The notes below the pieces were generated by a model that was not told the DNA's origin, did not search any database, and saw nothing but the letters and a program-made list of their open reading frames with translations. Source: Candidatus Midichloria mitochondrii IricVA (lineage in GTDB: Bacteria > Pseudomonadota > Alphaproteobacteria > Rickettsiales > Midichloriaceae). From it: 32,000 nt of DNA. Shown here piece after piece: positions 31,253 to 32,000 of the stretch (within the stretch, counting starts at the first letter, position 1; each line of letters opens with the position of its first letter). The DNA lies in the NCBI RefSeq assembly GCF_000219355.1, contig NC_015722.1, positions 630,001 through 662,000 on the forward strand, given 5' to 3'. The translations under genes were made by a program, and so were the position numbers.

Positions 31253-32000
31253 ATGAAAAAGATAAGTATGTTTATTAGGACGCGCTAAAAAACCCTTCGG
31301 CGCCAATAGAGAATTGTGTAGTGAGCAAAAGAAATAATTTTTTCTGGAAATGGGTTCCCTGCAGCCAGCAAAACAAGTTGTTTTGATTCGATAAATAGAG
31401 AAGATCGGCGTTTGTTTATTGCCACTTCAATGTTCGAAACTGACAAAATTACTGGCCACGCTGCAAATTGTCTTAATGAGTGTTTTGATATTGTTCCTGT
31501 GCCTGATCCCTATCAACAAGCAGGGGTAACAAAACCTATATTTTACCTGCCTCTTTTGGTCAACTTAGATGAGTTTTTGAGGGCGCCAATAAAAGTTAAG
31601 GCCAAATAAAGTTTTTACTTTTGGATATTTTTCCTCATTAGAGAACCGAAAAGAACAAGATAATCTAATTCAAGCTTTTAAGATAGTTTAATCTAAAAGA
31701 CCCGATATGCTCTATTCATTTCAGCAAGGCATGCAACTACTAGCTTATACAAGAATATAATGCGCTTTGTAGCTGAGAATAAGTTAAACAATGTTAAGGT
31801 TGAGATAAAAAACAAGGATAATGAGGAACATTTAGCTGATTTTCAGAAAATAGATGCGTACGTAAGCCCTTCAAGAGGCGGAGGATTTTCAATTATTCCA
31901 AGAAAAAGTTTGGCACTTGGTGTTCCGACGATTATAACGGATAAATACAGCGCAGAAAACTATATGTAACTCTCGTCTAGTTAGTTGTGTAGAGTCATAT
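31253..32000 (+). pseudogene. glycosyltransferase family 1 (GT4-like) remnant, multiply interrupted; may continue past window end
   Basis: ATG 31253 gives MKKISMFIRTR followed by a stop. Later frames give FTFGYFSSLENRKEQDNLIQAFKIV and DAYVSPSRGGGFSIIPRKSLALGVPTIITD, which resembles the GT1 C-terminal (S/P)S..EGFG....EA.A.G.P motif but with the conserved Glu positions replaced. Confidence 0.55.

Overview
AT-rich chromosomal segment (about one-third G+C by eye). Its gene content suggests a host-associated alphaproteobacterium of the Rickettsiales/Holosporales type. This is an inference from the long Rickettsia-type icd, membrane-anchored cycM, coq7, sucA-sucB-lpdA, gatB and Kdo/lipid A genes. 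Backbone in order: icd and folC (-); kdsA-smpB-lpxB (+); a DUF218 gene (-); a 923-aa orphan envelope protein coupled to kdsB; gatB; an S1C/PDZ protease; dsbB-like; coq7; SRP RNA (ffs, invisible to the ORF track); cycM; a porin; sucA-sucB-(134-aa ORF)-lpdA; uvrA; tRNA-Asn; tsaC. There is heavy gene decay on top of this. Two diverged, inverted paralogues of an integrin-alpha-like protein (FG-GAP propeller, Thr-rich stalk, TM helix) lie at 1-1502 (-) and 18263-19712 (+). A DUF2793-like remnant, an IS982-family transposase wreck and a GT1 glycosyltransferase wreck are also present. The most notable signal is five single-base (+1) frame breaks in otherwise well-conserved housekeeping genes: cycM, sucB, lpdA and uvrA twice. 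Four of them sit exactly in homopolymers (A9, A7, G6, A7). They are either homopolymer assembly errors or endosymbiont-style frameshifts, of which the poly(A) ones could be partly rescued by transcriptional slippage. I do not see an intact novel multi-gene system: no CRISPR and no recognisable defence, toxin-antitoxin or secretion operon. All accessory material here is degraded. The integrin-like paralogue pair and the 923-aa orphan are the best leads for new biology.
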